5,523 nt of DNA from IMG/VR virus record IMGVR_UViG_2695420565_000012; one strand, written 5' to 3'. A program made the position numbers and the translations under genes. The notes beneath the pieces were generated by a model, which did not search any database, was not told the origin of the DNA, and saw only the letters and a list, made by a program, of their open reading frames with translations. Numbering within the stretch: the stretch's first letter is position 1; the number at the start of each line of letters is the position of its first letter. The stretch comes from a virus. Taxonomy: Duplodnaviria; Heunggongvirae; Uroviricota; Caudoviricetes. Below are positions 4,967-5,523 of the stretch, one piece after another.

Positions 4967-5467
4967 TCACCCCCTGAATCCTTCCGGGATCTGGCTGTAG
5001 TCCACGTTGTCGTAACTGGCTTTGAAGTACGGGTCCTCGCGTCTGGCTGCAGATACCGCAGGAACTTCCCAGGATTCTTCGAAATGACGATCCGGACCAA
5101 AGAACGTCGACGCCTGCTTCACGAACTGGGTACCGGTATTTCCAGAGACACGCACCCAGGCGGCATAGCGTTTCACACCGTCGAGCATGGTTTCGGGTGT
5201 CACACCTTCCCTGATTCGGGCTTTCCAGGCTTTAAAAGCGGCGGATTTTGAATTACCACCAGCACGTTTGGGATATTCCTGCCAGGCCTGTTCAAATTCC
5301 GGTGAATATTCCTGTCTGGCAGAACGCGCTGGTGCAGACGCGTCAGCGGATGCGCCAATAGTGTTTTTAGTCTCCGTTGTAATCTCTGTAGTAATCTCTG
5401 TAGTAATCTCTGTATTTGAGGTGTACTGACAATAGCGGACACTACCATTTGTTCTTTTTTTAAGCAG
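4967..5467 (-). CDS. Phage replication-associated protein (conserved phage C-terminal domain, Phg_2220_C-like motif) with N-terminal (TEIT)n repeats; start codon undetermined, possibly frameshifted
   Basis: The frame is open from the stop TAG (5470..5468) to TGA (4969..4967). It reads ...NTEITTEITTEITTETKNTIGASADASAPARSARQEYSPEFEQAWQEYPKRAGGNSKSAAFKAWKARIREGVTPETMLDGVKRYAAWVRVSGNTGTQFVKQASTFFGPDRHFEESWEV... The F-x-x-(F/A)-W-x-x-Y-P-K-R...A-x-K-A-W...F-x-x-x-x-W pattern matches the conserved C-terminal domain of phage replication proteins as I recall it. No ATG/GTG/TTG occurs in this frame upstream of the GTG at 5203, which is the ORF-track start. Confidence 0.5.
   Translation of the reverse strand: MLKKRTNGSVRYCQYTSNTEITTEITTEITTETKNTIGASADASAPARSARQEYSPEFEQAWQEYPKRAGGNSKSAAFKAWKARIREGVTPETMLDGVKRYAAWVRVSGNTGTQFVKQASTFFGPDRHFEESWEVPAVSAARREDPYFKASYDNVDYSQIPEGFRG
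5379..5414. repeat. Perfect 12-bp tandem repeat x3 (gtaatctctgta), preceded by a degenerate copy from about 5371
   Basis: Read directly: 5379-5390, 5391-5402 and 5403-5414 are identical, and 5371-5378 (tctccgtt) is a partial related unit. In the minus-strand frame continuous with the downstream conserved domain it encodes TEIT-TEIT-TEIT. Confidence 0.9.
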
Positions 5468-5523
5468 CTATCTGATGATATTTTTCCCTGAAGGCTGCCG
5501 GGGAGATATTCCCCAGACGAGAG
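5460..5523 (-). CDS. Possible 3' end of an upstream gene entering from the right window edge
   Basis: One minus-strand frame is open from the edge and reads ...SRLGNISPAAFREKYHQIAA before TAA at 5462..5460. A second frame is also open from the edge, so the assignment is uncertain; only about 20 codons are visible. Confidence 0.25.
   Translation of the reverse strand, partial: SRLGNISPAAFREKYHQIAA

Noticed and set aside
5379-5414. Possibility that the tandem repeat is a CRISPR array
   Set aside because: The units are 12 bp and directly abutting with no spacers, and they sit inside a coding frame. This is not CRISPR architecture.
5200-5448. 82-aa minus-strand ORF starting at ATG 5448
   Set aside because: The product is arginine-rich and low-complexity (QRLLQRLLQRLQRRL is the tandem repeat read out of frame), and the conserved replication-associated motif is in the other frame. 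The ATG itself may still matter (see the frameshift finding).
5454-5462. The A-AAA-AAG heptamer (dnaX-type slippery site) as a programmed -1 frameshift signal for the frame ending at TAA 5462
   Set aside because: In the frame where AAA-AAG are codons, the stop TAA immediately precedes them, so the canonical reading does not work. Only the alternative A-AAA-AAA slip from the other frame remains, and that is kept as a low-confidence hypothesis.

Overview
The window reads as the nin/early-right region of a lambdoid prophage from an enterobacterium, with every credible gene on the minus strand (transcribed right to left). In transcription order: the 3' tail of an upstream gene (5460..5523); an ORF carrying an in-frame (TEIT)n tandem repeat and a phage replication-associated C-terminal motif, but no canonical start codon (4967..5467); a 30-aa micro-ORF; a phage Dam-type N6-adenine methyltransferase; a LexA DNA-binding-domain-only protein; RusA Holliday-junction resolvase; an intergenic region with a near-consensus LexA/SOS box; a KilA-N antirepressor-like gene; a DUF968/YdfU-like protein with an HNH-like Cys/His motif; a Q82/QuuD-type antiterminator; an AT-rich 205-aa orphan gene in the Q-downstream moron slot; an intrinsic terminator; and the 5' end of a further gene running off the left edge. 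Dam, the LexA-like gene and RusA are linked by ATGA stop/start overlaps. Domain calls rest on motif recognition from memory, not on database searches. The strongest candidates for something undescribed are the low-GC orphan gene after Q and the truncated LexA homologue sitting just upstream of an SOS-box-controlled antirepressor.
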